From Escherichia phage vB_EcoM_G2469: DNA of 64,000 nucleotides. Every line of letters begins with the position of its first letter. The stretch's first letter is position 1. Shown in pieces: positions 27,514 to 37,408 of this stretch. The notes beneath the pieces are model-generated. The model saw only the letters and a program-made list of their open reading frames with translations. It did not search any database and had not been told where the DNA came from. Location of the stretch: sequence record MK327934.1; one strand, given 5' to 3'. The translations under genes were made by a program, and so were the position numbers.

Positions 27514-27915
27514 TTATAGATTCGGTTTATACGATTTAAATGTTTCGAATTCGCCTTTATTCATAAGAGCTTTGAATTCGTCAGGACGCATAGCTTTGTC
27601 GTCGATAATCCAATCATATACTGGTTTATGTGTTAGCAAATTATGGTACTTCAAGCCAATGTTTGCCAAGTTCTGAATCAGACTTGGGAGAATGTCAATT
27701 GCTATACGACCAGGACCTACTGACTTCATACCGCGAGCAGTGTAAAGCGTTATGGTATGCCCTGCATCATACAGGGCATTAATGGCAGACACCATTTCGA
27801 CGTCTGGTTTGAAGTTCACGTAATCACGATTGTTATTCCACTCTGTTATACAATCATCGACATCAAAACAAAGATTAAGCATGTTTTCTACACGGTGCAT
27901 TAGATTCGTTCCCAT
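27514..27915 (-). CDS. HAD-superfamily phosphatase (GmhB/KdsC-like)
   Basis: 133 aa; motif I FDVDDCIT near N-terminus; alternative start at 27900 in TAATG overlap. Confidence 0.6.
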   Translation of the reverse strand: MGTNLMHRVENMLNLCFDVDDCITEWNNNRDYVNFKPDVEMVSAINALYDAGHTITLYTARGMKSVGPGRIAIDILPSLIQNLANIGLKYHNLLTHKPVYDWIIDDKAMRPDEFKALMNKGEFETFKSYKPNL

Positions 27916-29585
27916 TGATGAGTGATATCGCCACCGATTGGACGATAGGAAACACCAGTTTCTTTATCAGTTAGTACCCATTTACCAGGATTTTTTGTAA
28001 TCAGAGTAGCCGTTACAGGTTCTGCTACGTCATAACTAATAGAGCCGTCCTGAAGTACACGGCCCATGTTACGTAATTGCTTAGTCAGAAGTTCCATACC
28101 TTTATAATATGCGGCTACCGCTTTAAGTGGATTATTCTTGAAATAACCACCTAATGCAATCCAGATAATTGCCACAGCCAAATGATGATATTCATTAAAC
28201 GAACTCAGCTTTCCATATTTGTAAACTAATGGATTGATGTTAATAGTCACATTACAAGTTGTTTCATCAATAGTAAACTGTCCCCAGGTCGGATTAGCAT
28301 TGAATTCATCATAACCTGAAACAGCATAAAGCACTTTAGCTTCATCATACAATTTTGGCCCGTAAATCTTGGTTTCACCAAAATATCCACGAGGGTCGAT
28401 AAATTTGACTTCGCCGTTATCAGTAATCATAGTATTACTGAAGTTCGGGTCACCATGAATAACAGAGTACTGTCCCTGAGAACGGTTATGATAACGAATA
28501 AGGTGTTCTAAAGCTTGTTTCAGCATTGGCTTCAGACGTCCAATCTTAGTGTAGTTCACATGTGTGATTTTACCAAATGAATCAATCAATGGTTGAATGC
28601 TTTCACAACGATCAATAACTTTCGTATAGAATTCTTTAGTGAAATCACGACGAACAGTTTCAGGACTTACAAAATAAGTGTCTGTGCTGAATTTCAGTGC
28701 ATCTAAAATTGCATCAACAATTTGTGGACGAGCAAGACTTGATTTGGATTTAATATATTCAAATGCCGGCTTACCTTTAATGCGTTCCATTTCAAAGTTA
28801 TTTTCATTAACAGAAACTAACTGAGGAACTGAATCTGATTTCACTTTAAGATACCATGAAATCTCATCTTTCTGAAGAGCTCGACCTTGTTCAGTTAATG
28901 CGAATTTAGTTACAGTTTCTTCACCAATTTCAACTGCATTAAAACTACGATTAAGTTCACGAACTTCATGAGCCTTTTCAAGTTTAGGCATATCACCAAG
29001 GTCGATGATATTCATAAGCTCTGATTTATTGAATGCGCCGCTGTAAAGGAATTCTACGAAATCACGTCCTTTGCAGTATTCATGAATTTCCTCATCGGTA
29101 GAACCCATGTAGAATTCCCAGTCTTTGAACTGGTAAATTCCCACAACATTACCACCTGTTGAACCTACGTTAGTGATATTTTCACCATCGAAATTATATC
29201 GACATTCGTCACCCTTAACATAGATTGCGTTAACATTCCAAGACCATGAACCAAAATCAGGAATAATATCACACCAGTTAACAATTACGTTATGGCCGTC
29301 TAAATCTTTGTGTAATTTAGCAAGAGCATAAGCAGAACCATACGCTTCATCGACTGTACGAATAGTCACATTGAACCCTTCTTGCTCACAATAAGCTCGA
29401 ACAGTTTCAGCAAATTTTGAATGAACTACTACAATAATTTCATCTGCGCCAAGGTCAGAATAAATTGTATACAAATTGCTCAGAATAGTGTCTTGTTTAT
29501 AGTTAACAAGCACCTTAGGAATATGGTGAGTAATTGGATATAAACGAGTTGCCAATCCAGCACCAAGAATAACAGCTTTTTTCAT
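27900..29585 (-). CDS. bifunctional sugar-phosphate nucleotidyltransferase / sugar kinase
   Basis: 561 aa; N-terminal MKKAVILGAGLATRL nucleotidyltransferase signature; C-terminal HGDPNFSN...IDPRG kinase motif. Confidence 0.75.
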   Translation of the reverse strand: MKKAVILGAGLATRLYPITHHIPKVLVNYKQDTILSNLYTIYSDLGADEIIVVVHSKFAETVRAYCEQEGFNVTIRTVDEAYGSAYALAKLHKDLDGHNVIVNWCDIIPDFGSWSWNVNAIYVKGDECRYNFDGENITNVGSTGGNVVGIYQFKDWEFYMGSTDEEIHEYCKGRDFVEFLYSGAFNKSELMNIIDLGDMPKLEKAHEVRELNRSFNAVEIGEETVTKFALTEQGRALQKDEISWYLKVKSDSVPQLVSVNENNFEMERIKGKPAFEYIKSKSSLARPQIVDAILDALKFSTDTYFVSPETVRRDFTKEFYTKVIDRCESIQPLIDSFGKITHVNYTKIGRLKPMLKQALEHLIRYHNRSQGQYSVIHGDPNFSNTMITDNGEVKFIDPRGYFGETKIYGPKLYDEAKVLYAVSGYDEFNANPTWGQFTIDETTCNVTININPLVYKYGKLSSFNEYHHLAVAIIWIALGGYFKNNPLKAVAAYYKGMELLTKQLRNMGRVLQDGSISYDVAEPVTATLITKNPGKWVLTDKETGVSYRPIGGDITHQWERI

Positions 29586-29626
29586 GTTGTGGTCCTCATT
29601 GGTAAGTAGGAGTATTGTACACTATT

Positions 29627-29770
29627 CTAGTTAAAGCATTCATACTTTGCTTGTAGTCCAATCATAATCCATCCAATTACAAGTGTTGGAATCATTACCG
29701 GAGCCGTTAAGCTCCAGTAGATAGTCATGACAAGCATCAATAGTAAAAGTCCTATTGTTATTGCTTTCAT
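29627..29770 (-). CDS. small membrane protein (47 aa), not in ORF track
   Basis: MKAITIGLLLLMLVMTIYW...; ATG overlaps upstream stop as ATGA. Confidence 0.35.
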   Translation of the reverse strand: MKAITIGLLLLMLVMTIYWSLTAPVMIPTLVIGWIMIGLQAKYECFN

Positions 29771-30402
29771 TGTTCGCCTCGTAACATGGCACCTAGTGCA
29801 CCGCCTGGATGGAACTTAAGGAAATCATTAGAGGTAAATCCACGTTCAGACGAAAGGTTGATAGCAAACGTATCGATAAGCGCTAACAACAATGTAGTGG
29901 ACATTGTCGGAGCTAAAGAGTTCTCGTCAACTTCTACCGCGATACCAGTACAGAACGTATAATCAAAAAGAGCTTCGTATTCTTGTGGAATGTCAGGGTT
30001 ACAATGTAACAGAATCTGTTTAACCTGAGGACGAATCATACGAAGATGTTTAGCAACACCTATCATTTCTTCAGTCTTACCAGAACGACTAATATGAATC
30101 AACACGTCATTAGGTGCAATAAATCCTGCGTCACCATGAGAATAATGCCCAGTGTTCAAATACATGCTAGGAATACCTAGTGAAGCAAATGTCTCGGAAG
30201 CTTTAGTTGCGATATTAGCATTCTTACCAACACCTGTAATAATTACCCGGCTTTCATAATTACTAAGTCCAGGGCGTCGAAGAGTTTCTAGAATAGCATT
30301 ATAACGAGCAGGGTTTTGACTAATTACTTTGGCCATAGCGGCCAAAGAAGAAGCTTGTTTTATGATTGCGTCAATAGCGATAGTAATAGGAGTAGTTTTC
30401 AT
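29767..30402 (-). CDS. SIS-domain sugar-phosphate isomerase (GmhA/KdsD-like)
   Basis: 211 aa; SIS motifs VGKNANIA and HISRSGKTEE. Confidence 0.75.
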   Translation of the reverse strand: MKTTPITIAIDAIIKQASSLAAMAKVISQNPARYNAILETLRRPGLSNYESRVIITGVGKNANIATKASETFASLGIPSMYLNTGHYSHGDAGFIAPNDVLIHISRSGKTEEMIGVAKHLRMIRPQVKQILLHCNPDIPQEYEALFDYTFCTGIAVEVDENSLAPTMSTTLLLALIDTFAINLSSERGFTSNDFLKFHPGGALGAMLRGEQ

Positions 30403-30442
30403 ATTTCTCTCATTTAATTAGTTTACCGTCCATGACATTATA

Positions 30443-33154
30443 TCAAAAATCGAACATATCGAACAGAGATGCTTTCTTCTCATAATCGAGTTTCGCTGCT
30501 GATGTGAATCCTTCAAGTGGTTTAATAAATGTCTTCTCAAGGAGAACAGTGTAGTCCATCCAATGAAGTACATCGTCTTTAATTAAATCTGTGATTTCAG
30601 TACCAGAAGGCCATGCGATACATTTATCACCGAATGGGTTTCCTTCACGTAAAGGCAGAACATATACTTTTTCACCTTCTACAACTTGTGGTGCATCAAT
30701 ATTACCTTTGATAGCTCGGTTATATGTCAGAATTCCACGAATATGGAACGGGCATTTAGGACCAGGGAATCCACCGACATCATATTTAGCAATGTTATTC
30801 GCAGAAGATACCGACGCGATGCTAATATAATTCAATTGACGGAATTCTTTTTCAAACTCTTTAAAATATTCTTGTAATGATTCTTCACCTTCTTGAAGCA
30901 TACGACGAATACATTCTTTAAGAGCTTTCTGTACTGCTTTAGGGGTCGAAGATTTCTGAGTTTCTAGACCCATGATTTTGAGTTTAGGCTCAGCGTAACG
31001 AGTACCTTCCATATCCCACACGTTTAATGCATAACGTTTCTTACCAGTCCAAAATCCACCAATACCTTTAGAACCGAGCGGAGGGCCAGCAATAGCTTCT
31101 CGGTCCATGAACATCAAATGTTGCTTATTATTCATGTATTCGCACATTTCACGGAAACCTCTATCAATAGCAGGTTCCATACGTTCACGAGCGAACTTAT
31201 CTAAGAAGTCTACCCAATGGTTGGTATCACGGAATTTAGATTCACCAACCTTATCAATAATTTTATCTGCAGATACGTAAATGGAGTCTGTATCACCATA
31301 AAGAACGAAAGCTTCACCTTCTGTACCGCAAACTTCATTCAGATATTCATTAACTTTACGTTCAATCCACTGTAAAGCCATTTGCCCGAATGTTGTGATT
31401 GCAGTAGCATTACGCAAATCATAATAACGGAACCAAACGTTTCCAAGTGCACCATAAAGCGAGTTGATGAGCAATTTACGGTTAATCTGTGCAGTCATAC
31501 CTGCAACTTCAGTACGTTGAGCTCTAAACAACATTTCATTAAGAGATTTAGCAGACAACTTTTTAATCTTTTCTTTAATCTCATCACTGAAGTCGAAACG
31601 ATAATCAACATCTAATGGTTCGTCAACAGAAAGATTAGGATTATGCAATGCCTCTTTAATTATTTCACCATTACGTTGAGCTGCAAGCATATAACCTTTA
31701 TGTTCTTTACGTTGATTAAAGACCTTAGTGATTTCAGTTGGAACTACACCATCACGGTCTTTATAATACATCATGCCGTTAGGAGAGCAACTGTACACAT
31801 CTGAAGGACGTTCAGCGATTGCGTTAATATAATCATGCAATGGAGCTACTTTAAACGTTCCTGCTATTGTTTCCGGGCTAATATTCACTTGGCGAATAAT
31901 ACTTGGATACAGAGATGTAAGGTCGAAACTCATTACATATTTGTATCGATTTGGAATAGGTTCCTTAACAAAAGCGCCGGGATAAGGTTGAACCGGGTGA
32001 GAACGACCTTGTGGAATCACCTTGTTCTGCTCTTTAAGGCTATTAAAAATAATAGCATCCCATGTTTTAATTGGGCTAAACACAGATTGAATCTGTATCT
32101 TAGCATAATAACCCATGTCCAAGCTCAAGTTGATGAACTGACGCTTAGCATCAATTTGCAATACACGATACACGTCGATAATGTTATAAGAAATATATCG
32201 TTGGTGATTGCTTTCACGAAGCTTAGAAATAGGGCCGTCATATTTCAGTTTACCAACGTTCAATTCAAATTCTGAAATGTAATCCAGAGAATACGACGGT
32301 TGATTGGTAAAAGAGAATTTTTTGTAAAGGTCAATGTAATCAAGAACAGAGATACCGAACAATGTAATGATTTCACGAGAACCATACATGTTTTCGATAA
32401 CTTTAACACGAGTTTTACGATGCGGTGATAAACGTTTCGCAGTAGATTCGCCAAAAATATTCTTGATTCGGTTATACACATATGGAATATCAAATGACTC
32501 AACGTTCCATCCAGTCAAAATGACAGGAGTTTTCTGTTGCCAGAAGTTGAGATATTCCATCAACAATTCTTTTTCGTTATCGAACGGCATATAAATGATT
32601 TTATCGATAATTTCAGATGGAACTTCATCACCACCTTGTTCTTGAAGCTTAGCCGCAATTTCGATAGACCATTCTTCTACATTACCATATGGAGAATTCA
32701 ATAGATCAAATACGTAGAACCTGTCGTCAATTGAGTCATAATGGGTGATAGCATCAATCGGATGTTTTGCTTGTGACGGCTCAGGGAACCCGTCTGGAGA
32801 TGTTACTTCGATGTCGAAGTTAGCCACACGAATTTTTGTATGGTCGTATTTGATTTCATAGTTATAAGTGTCAGACAAATACGCCAATTTGAAATCGTCC
32901 ATGCCAAGTGCTTCAAGTCCGATATCTTCCATGCGTTTAATCCATTGGGAGGCATCACGCATATTAGCGAACAACTTACGAGTACACGGCTTACCGTAGA
33001 TATCGAAATATTTCGTAGCCTGACTTTCTGGACAATGAGCAAACAGTGATGGTTTATATTCTACTTCACGAGTACGTTCACGGCCATTAGAATCGATGTA
33101 ACGTTCAAAAATTGAATCACCAATCTGTTCAACCGTTAAGTAAAATTCTTTCAT
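30443..33154 (-). CDS. 43: DNA polymerase (family B) with 3'-5' exonuclease
   Basis: 903 aa; exo FDIE, pol motifs DxxSLYPS and YGDTDS; RB69-type N-terminus. Confidence 0.97.
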   Translation of the reverse strand: MKEFYLTVEQIGDSIFERYIDSNGRERTREVEYKPSLFAHCPESQATKYFDIYGKPCTRKLFANMRDASQWIKRMEDIGLEALGMDDFKLAYLSDTYNYEIKYDHTKIRVANFDIEVTSPDGFPEPSQAKHPIDAITHYDSIDDRFYVFDLLNSPYGNVEEWSIEIAAKLQEQGGDEVPSEIIDKIIYMPFDNEKELLMEYLNFWQQKTPVILTGWNVESFDIPYVYNRIKNIFGESTAKRLSPHRKTRVKVIENMYGSREIITLFGISVLDYIDLYKKFSFTNQPSYSLDYISEFELNVGKLKYDGPISKLRESNHQRYISYNIIDVYRVLQIDAKRQFINLSLDMGYYAKIQIQSVFSPIKTWDAIIFNSLKEQNKVIPQGRSHPVQPYPGAFVKEPIPNRYKYVMSFDLTSLYPSIIRQVNISPETIAGTFKVAPLHDYINAIAERPSDVYSCSPNGMMYYKDRDGVVPTEITKVFNQRKEHKGYMLAAQRNGEIIKEALHNPNLSVDEPLDVDYRFDFSDEIKEKIKKLSAKSLNEMLFRAQRTEVAGMTAQINRKLLINSLYGALGNVWFRYYDLRNATAITTFGQMALQWIERKVNEYLNEVCGTEGEAFVLYGDTDSIYVSADKIIDKVGESKFRDTNHWVDFLDKFARERMEPAIDRGFREMCEYMNNKQHLMFMDREAIAGPPLGSKGIGGFWTGKKRYALNVWDMEGTRYAEPKLKIMGLETQKSSTPKAVQKALKECIRRMLQEGEESLQEYFKEFEKEFRQLNYISIASVSSANNIAKYDVGGFPGPKCPFHIRGILTYNRAIKGNIDAPQVVEGEKVYVLPLREGNPFGDKCIAWPSGTEITDLIKDDVLHWMDYTVLLEKTFIKPLEGFTSAAKLDYEKKASLFDMFDF

Positions 33155-33212
33155 TTAATTTCCTTTAGACGAGTTATTGTCTTTTGTTTGTTGATGAACT
33201 TATTATACTCCA

Positions 33213-33232
33213 AATGGGACCGAAGTCCCATT
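33213..33232 (-). promoter_or_regulatory. hairpin (aatgggac-UUCG-gtcccatt) followed by TATAAT
   Basis: lies between regA stop and gene 43 start; possible terminator or gene 43 control element. Confidence 0.4.
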
Positions 33233-33235
33233 GCT

Positions 33236-33604
33236 TTAATTACCAATTGTATATTTTGCTTTCAAAGTCCAGTCATCTTTCTGTTTAAAAGAGATAACAC
33301 GGAAGTTATTAGTCAGGCCAAACAGATCTTCACGAGCAGAGTCTTCAATAACAATCAATCCCCAGTCTTCAAGCAACTGAGCAATCGAATCACGTCGCTG
33401 ATAGTCTTCACCATCAATATCAACCTGACGTCCGTCCATACGCAGCATTTCTTTAAAGTGGACGATGTAATATTTACCTTGCTTTTGTAGGATATGACAG
33501 GACTGATAAAGAACTTTATCCTTGTTATTAGCGATGCCCATACGGGTCAGAGTCTCTTTGACTTTCAGAAAATCTTCGGGGTTCTTCAATTTAATTTCGA
33601 TCAT
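33236..33604 (-). CDS. regA: RegA translational repressor
   Basis: T4 RegA-like; start set to internal ATG at 33602-33604 giving 122 aa. Confidence 0.85.
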   Translation of the reverse strand: MIEIKLKNPEDFLKVKETLTRMGIANNKDKVLYQSCHILQKQGKYYIVHFKEMLRMDGRQVDIDGEDYQRRDSIAQLLEDWGLIVIEDSAREDLFGLTNNFRVISFKQKDDWTLKAKYTIGN

Positions 33605-33606
33605 TT

Positions 33607-34170
33607 TTACCATTCCAATGCTAATTTTTTAAATTGTTTTTGTTCTTTCACATTTTTTGTAACTTCTTTGAGAAACTCATCAGTGACCATGGCCTTCAGT
33701 TCTTTAAGGACTATTGGCAACTTGTTATTTTTTTCAAGGAGCCGCTTATACTCGGTAGCATCATTCATGTTGATTGTGTAATGTTTCATCAACAGTTTGA
33801 TAACTAGTAACTCTGAAGTGTCTTCAACTAGTTTAGCCCATTTAGAGAATCGACGACCACGCGGAATTGCAGCCATCATATAGTTGAAGTGCGCTTCATC
33901 ACTTAATTCAGAACCGACTAAGTTCATCATGTAAACAGCTGGCATACATTCCGGGAACTGGGATAATGAGTTCTCAACCATAAATTTTGAGTAGTCGACC
34001 TGAGCAATTGACGTAGATTTCTTTTCATTAATAGCATTAATGATTTTAAAGAATTCATTCTCAGGTTTTTCTTTAAACATGTCAGCACATTTTTGAATCG
34101 CATCAGCGTCGTTAGACTTCCATGCAATTTGGTGCTCGTTAAGTTGGACGTCATCATCAAATAAGTTCAT
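33607..34170 (-). CDS. 62: clamp loader small subunit
   Basis: 187 aa, same as T4 gp62; adjacent to gene 44. Confidence 0.85.
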   Translation of the reverse strand: MNLFDDDVQLNEHQIAWKSNDADAIQKCADMFKEKPENEFFKIINAINEKKSTSIAQVDYSKFMVENSLSQFPECMPAVYMMNLVGSELSDEAHFNYMMAAIPRGRRFSKWAKLVEDTSELLVIKLLMKHYTINMNDATEYKRLLEKNNKLPIVLKELKAMVTDEFLKEVTKNVKEQKQFKKLALEW

Positions 34171-34171
34171 A

Positions 34172-35134
34172 TTATTTCCAAGTCAGTTCGCAGGTCAGTT
34201 GAAGAAGCATATACATAACATGTAATTCAATATTACTTGCTAATCCATGAAACTTATTGTTTTCGCCTGCAATTTCATAAAGCGAAATAATACTTTTACC
34301 AGGTGCAACTTGGTCATAACATTCTGAAACTAATTTATCGATGAACCATGAATAATCTGCGGCATATTTTGGAGCTAATGCACGAAGTTGTTTGATATCT
34401 TTATTTTTCATTGCTTCTATGACATCATCTACCGTGCCACGATCATTGGTTACAATCGACAAAATACCTGCATCAAGAACACCTTTAGACGAGTACTGGT
34501 CTAATTGACCAATTGTACGTCGAAAGTCCGGGAAGTTCTTTTTAACCAGAGCTGCAACAACTTTCATATCAGCGATTTCGATATTTTCGTTCTTACAGAT
34601 TTCAACCATGCGATGAATCATTTTCTTCATCATTGAGATTTTATCTTCTTCGGTTGGACGTCCGAATTCGATAACTCGACAACGACTACGTAACGGTTCG
34701 ATAATTCCATCGATGTTGTTGGCAGTAATAATAATAGAACAGTTACTAGAGAATTCTTCCATGAATGTACGAAGGTGACGTTGTGATTCAGCGAGGCCAC
34801 TACGGTCAAATTCATCAATAACAATAACTTTAGGCTTGCCTTCCATTGAGACTGAACGAGCGAATGCAGTTAATGGACCACGCACAAAATCAATCTTACA
34901 ATCAGAACCGTTGACGAACATCATTTCGGCATTGATATCATTACATAATGCTTTTGCTACGGTTGTTTTACCGGTACCAGGAGATGGAGAGTGTAAAATA
35001 ATATGAGGAAGTTTTCCTTTAGATACTAAAGACTTGAATGTTTCATGGTCATACGCAGGCAGAATACATTCGTCAATGGAAGAAGGACGATATTTCTGTT
35101 CTAGAATGTGTTCTTTGGAATTGATAGTAATCAT
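34172..35134 (-). CDS. 44: clamp loader large subunit (AAA+)
   Basis: 320 aa; Walker [11 protein letters not shown], Walker B VIVIDEFD. Confidence 0.9.
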   Translation of the reverse strand: MITINSKEHILEQKYRPSSIDECILPAYDHETFKSLVSKGKLPHIILHSPSPGTGKTTVAKALCNDINAEMMFVNGSDCKIDFVRGPLTAFARSVSMEGKPKVIVIDEFDRSGLAESQRHLRTFMEEFSSNCSIIITANNIDGIIEPLRSRCRVIEFGRPTEEDKISMMKKMIHRMVEICKNENIEIADMKVVAALVKKNFPDFRRTIGQLDQYSSKGVLDAGILSIVTNDRGTVDDVIEAMKNKDIKQLRALAPKYAADYSWFIDKLVSECYDQVAPGKSIISLYEIAGENNKFHGLASNIELHVMYMLLQLTCELTWK

Positions 35135-35159
35135 GTAATTTTCCTCATTATCATTAAAC

Positions 35160-35177
35160 TGGAGGATTTCTCCTCCA
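35160..35177 (-). promoter_or_regulatory. hairpin (ggagga-GAAA-tcctcc on RNA) between genes 45 and 44
   Basis: perfect 6-7 bp stem about 40 nt upstream of gene 44 ATG. Confidence 0.35.
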
Positions 35178-35209
35178 TAATCGTATCACAATAAACGTAA
35201 AGCTTTGAC

Positions 35210-35951
35210 TTAGAAGTCGTGAGTAGAATCGGCTTCCATCGCAATAACATAACTTACTTGAGAGCTTTCAAACTTGGCTGCAACTTTATCACCAGCTCCC
35301 CACAACATTACTTTATAGTTACCTGGCTGGATTTTCATATTAGCCATATTGATTACGAAGTTAAAGTTGTTAGAACCATCATAATCGGTAAGAGTCAAAG
35401 AATACTTAGGACGAGTTAGTCCAGAATCTTCAACTTTATTATAGCCATTGATAACAATTTTACCATCTTTATTTGTAATAGCAATTGTATCAATCTGAAG
35501 ACCACGTGAAACTCGAAGTAATTGTTGAAGGTCTTCGGCTTTAATTTCAGTAATCACAGAAGCCACCGGGAATTGAATTGGCTTATTAGGAAAAACAATG
35601 GTGCTCTTGTCAGCGGCAGGCCAATAAACTGTGGAACGTGTATCTGCAATTTTAATATTGCCATCAGTGTGCATTGAAATTTCAGCATCATCAGACACTA
35701 GACTCAAAATGCTTAAGAAGCTATTCAAATCATAAAGTGCTATCATCAGACACTAGACTCAAAATGCTTAAGAAGCTATTCAAATCATAAAGTGCTACGT
35801 CAAAATCAATTTCATCAGAGATATTTGCTTCCGCATAAGTGGTGCCATTAACTGCACGAGTCATAATAAATTTACCTTGACTCAGCAGAATGCCGGAGTT
35901 AATAGAGGCGAAGTTTTTCAGAATAGCGATAGTATCTTTAGACAGTTTCAT
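35210..35951 (-). pseudogene. 45: sliding clamp gene 45, frameshifted by a 55-bp tandem duplication
   Basis: fragments 35951-35730 (MKLSKDTIAILK...) and 35746-35210 together match T4 gp45; both repeat ALYDLNSFLSILSLVSDD. Confidence 0.8.
35688..35797. repeat. perfect 55-bp direct tandem duplication (2 copies)
   Basis: 35688-35742 is identical to 35743-35797. Confidence 0.9.
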
Positions 35952-35993
35952 TTTATTTCCTTTCAAGACAATTAGAAGTTTATAACAAATTTA

Positions 35994-36410
35994 TTATGCA
36001 GCAACAATCTGCTTTTTAATAGCTTCAGGCAGTGATTCAATATATTCTGGAATTTTAGAAGCAACAATTTCGCCAGCTGCAATTAGTTGTTCGTCGGCAT
36101 CAACACAGTAGAAATCTTCTAGACGCTCAGAACCGTCTTTATCAAGAACTATTTTTCCGCCAGCTTCAATAGAATCTTTATAGTGCTTACGCATCAGATG
36201 AATCCACATATCAGATACATCATTATCAATAAAACCATAAATCATAAAACGAGTTTCTTGTGGCAAAGATTGGAGTTTTTTAGCACTTGCGTCATCACAA
36301 TGCAGGACCCATGCTTTACGAACACGATTATGGTTATGTGGGTTAGCGTCAGTACGGATAGAAGTAACTTTCAGATCAGCAGCAGTGAAACCTTTAGCAG
36401 TAGTAAACAT
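35994..36410 (-). CDS. hypothetical protein (T4 rpbA position)
   Basis: 138-aa ORF, ATG start; identity by position only. Confidence 0.5.
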   Translation of the reverse strand: MFTTAKGFTAADLKVTSIRTDANPHNHNRVRKAWVLHCDDASAKKLQSLPQETRFMIYGFIDNDVSDMWIHLMRKHYKDSIEAGGKIVLDKDGSERLEDFYCVDADEQLIAAGEIVASKIPEYIESLPEAIKKQIVAA

Positions 36411-36422
36411 ATTATTTCTCTC

Positions 36423-36614
36423 TTATTCGTAGAAGTCGGTAACTGTCCATGCGGAATTGCGATTAGACATTATTTTATTATACTCATCTTTAAAAGCAGA
36501 TTTGAGCATTTGTTCAGTAACAATATGTTCTTCACCTGAAAACGTATTGGTCAAAACATATTTTTTAATTTCAGGGACAACGAGAAGATGTTGTCCGGTT
36601 GAATACTCCGCCAT
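36423..36614 (-). CDS. small hypothetical protein
   Basis: 63-aa ORF, ATG start. Confidence 0.4.
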   Translation of the reverse strand: MAEYSTGQHLLVVPEIKKYVLTNTFSGEEHIVTEQMLKSAFKDEYNKIMSNRNSAWTVTDFYE

Positions 36615-36638
36615 TATAAATCTCCGAGATTAAAGCAA

Positions 36639-36646
36639 TATAAATA
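36639..36646 (+). promoter_or_regulatory. late promoter TATAAATA on plus strand
   Basis: exact TATAAATA 45 nt upstream of the HNH ORF ATG; SD aagga. Confidence 0.5.
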
Positions 36647-36691
36647 GGTTTATCAATTTATCTGTTGCTGTATCAAATAAGGATTTAGTAA

Positions 36692-37408
36692 ATGAATTAT
36701 AACTCAATATACGAAAAGCTTATCACCAATGCTAAATCAAGAAGTTTAGATGGTTATACAGAACGTCATCACATTATACCACAATGTTTAGGTGGAAGTG
36801 ATGATGCTTTAAACTTAGTAGACTTAACACCGGAAGAACATTATTTGGCACATCAACTGTTGGTAAAAATCCATCCAGATAATGCCTCTTTAATATATGC
36901 CGCTCGTATGATGACCATATCATCTCCTAAAGCAGATAGAAGCAAAAACAAATTATTTGGATGGCTTCGACGTAAGAATCAAGAAGTTCAAAAGAACAAA
37001 GAATTCACTGCTGAAACCCGTAAGAAAATGTCTGAGTCTGCAAAAAATAAACCAAAGATTACATGTCCACACTGCGGTTTAACCGGCACTGAAGGAAACA
37101 TGAGACGTTGGCATTTTGATAACTGTAAACAAGGCCCTACGCCTAAAATAGTAAAACTTGATCAAGAAACAAAAGATAAAATAATTAAAACCATGGCCAC
37201 GAAAATTTGGAAAGAAGATTCTTGCCCGTTTTGTGGCTTAACTACTAAGTTATCGGCGTTAAAGCCACATATAAAATTCTGTAAATCAAATCCTAACAGA
37301 AAGAAAAAAGAGGACAAGAAAATTAAATGTCCTCATTGCGATAAAATAGGGATCCCTGCTAATATGCATCGTTGGCATTTTGATAACTGTAAACATAAGC
37401 CTCATTAA
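36692..37408 (+). CDS. HNH homing endonuclease with three C-terminal zinc-finger repeats
   Basis: 238 aa; HNH core ERHHIIPQCLGG...NLVDLTPEEHYLAH; CPHCG...RWHFDNCK repeated; opposite strand to neighbours. Confidence 0.75.
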   Translation: MNYNSIYEKLITNAKSRSLDGYTERHHIIPQCLGGSDDALNLVDLTPEEHYLAHQLLVKIHPDNASLIYAARMMTISSPKADRSKNKLFGWLRRKNQEVQKNKEFTAETRKKMSESAKNKPKITCPHCGLTGTEGNMRRWHFDNCKQGPTPKIVKLDQETKDKIIKTMATKIWKEDSCPFCGLTTKLSALKPHIKFCKSNPNRKKKEDKKIKCPHCDKIGIPANMHRWHFDNCKHKPH

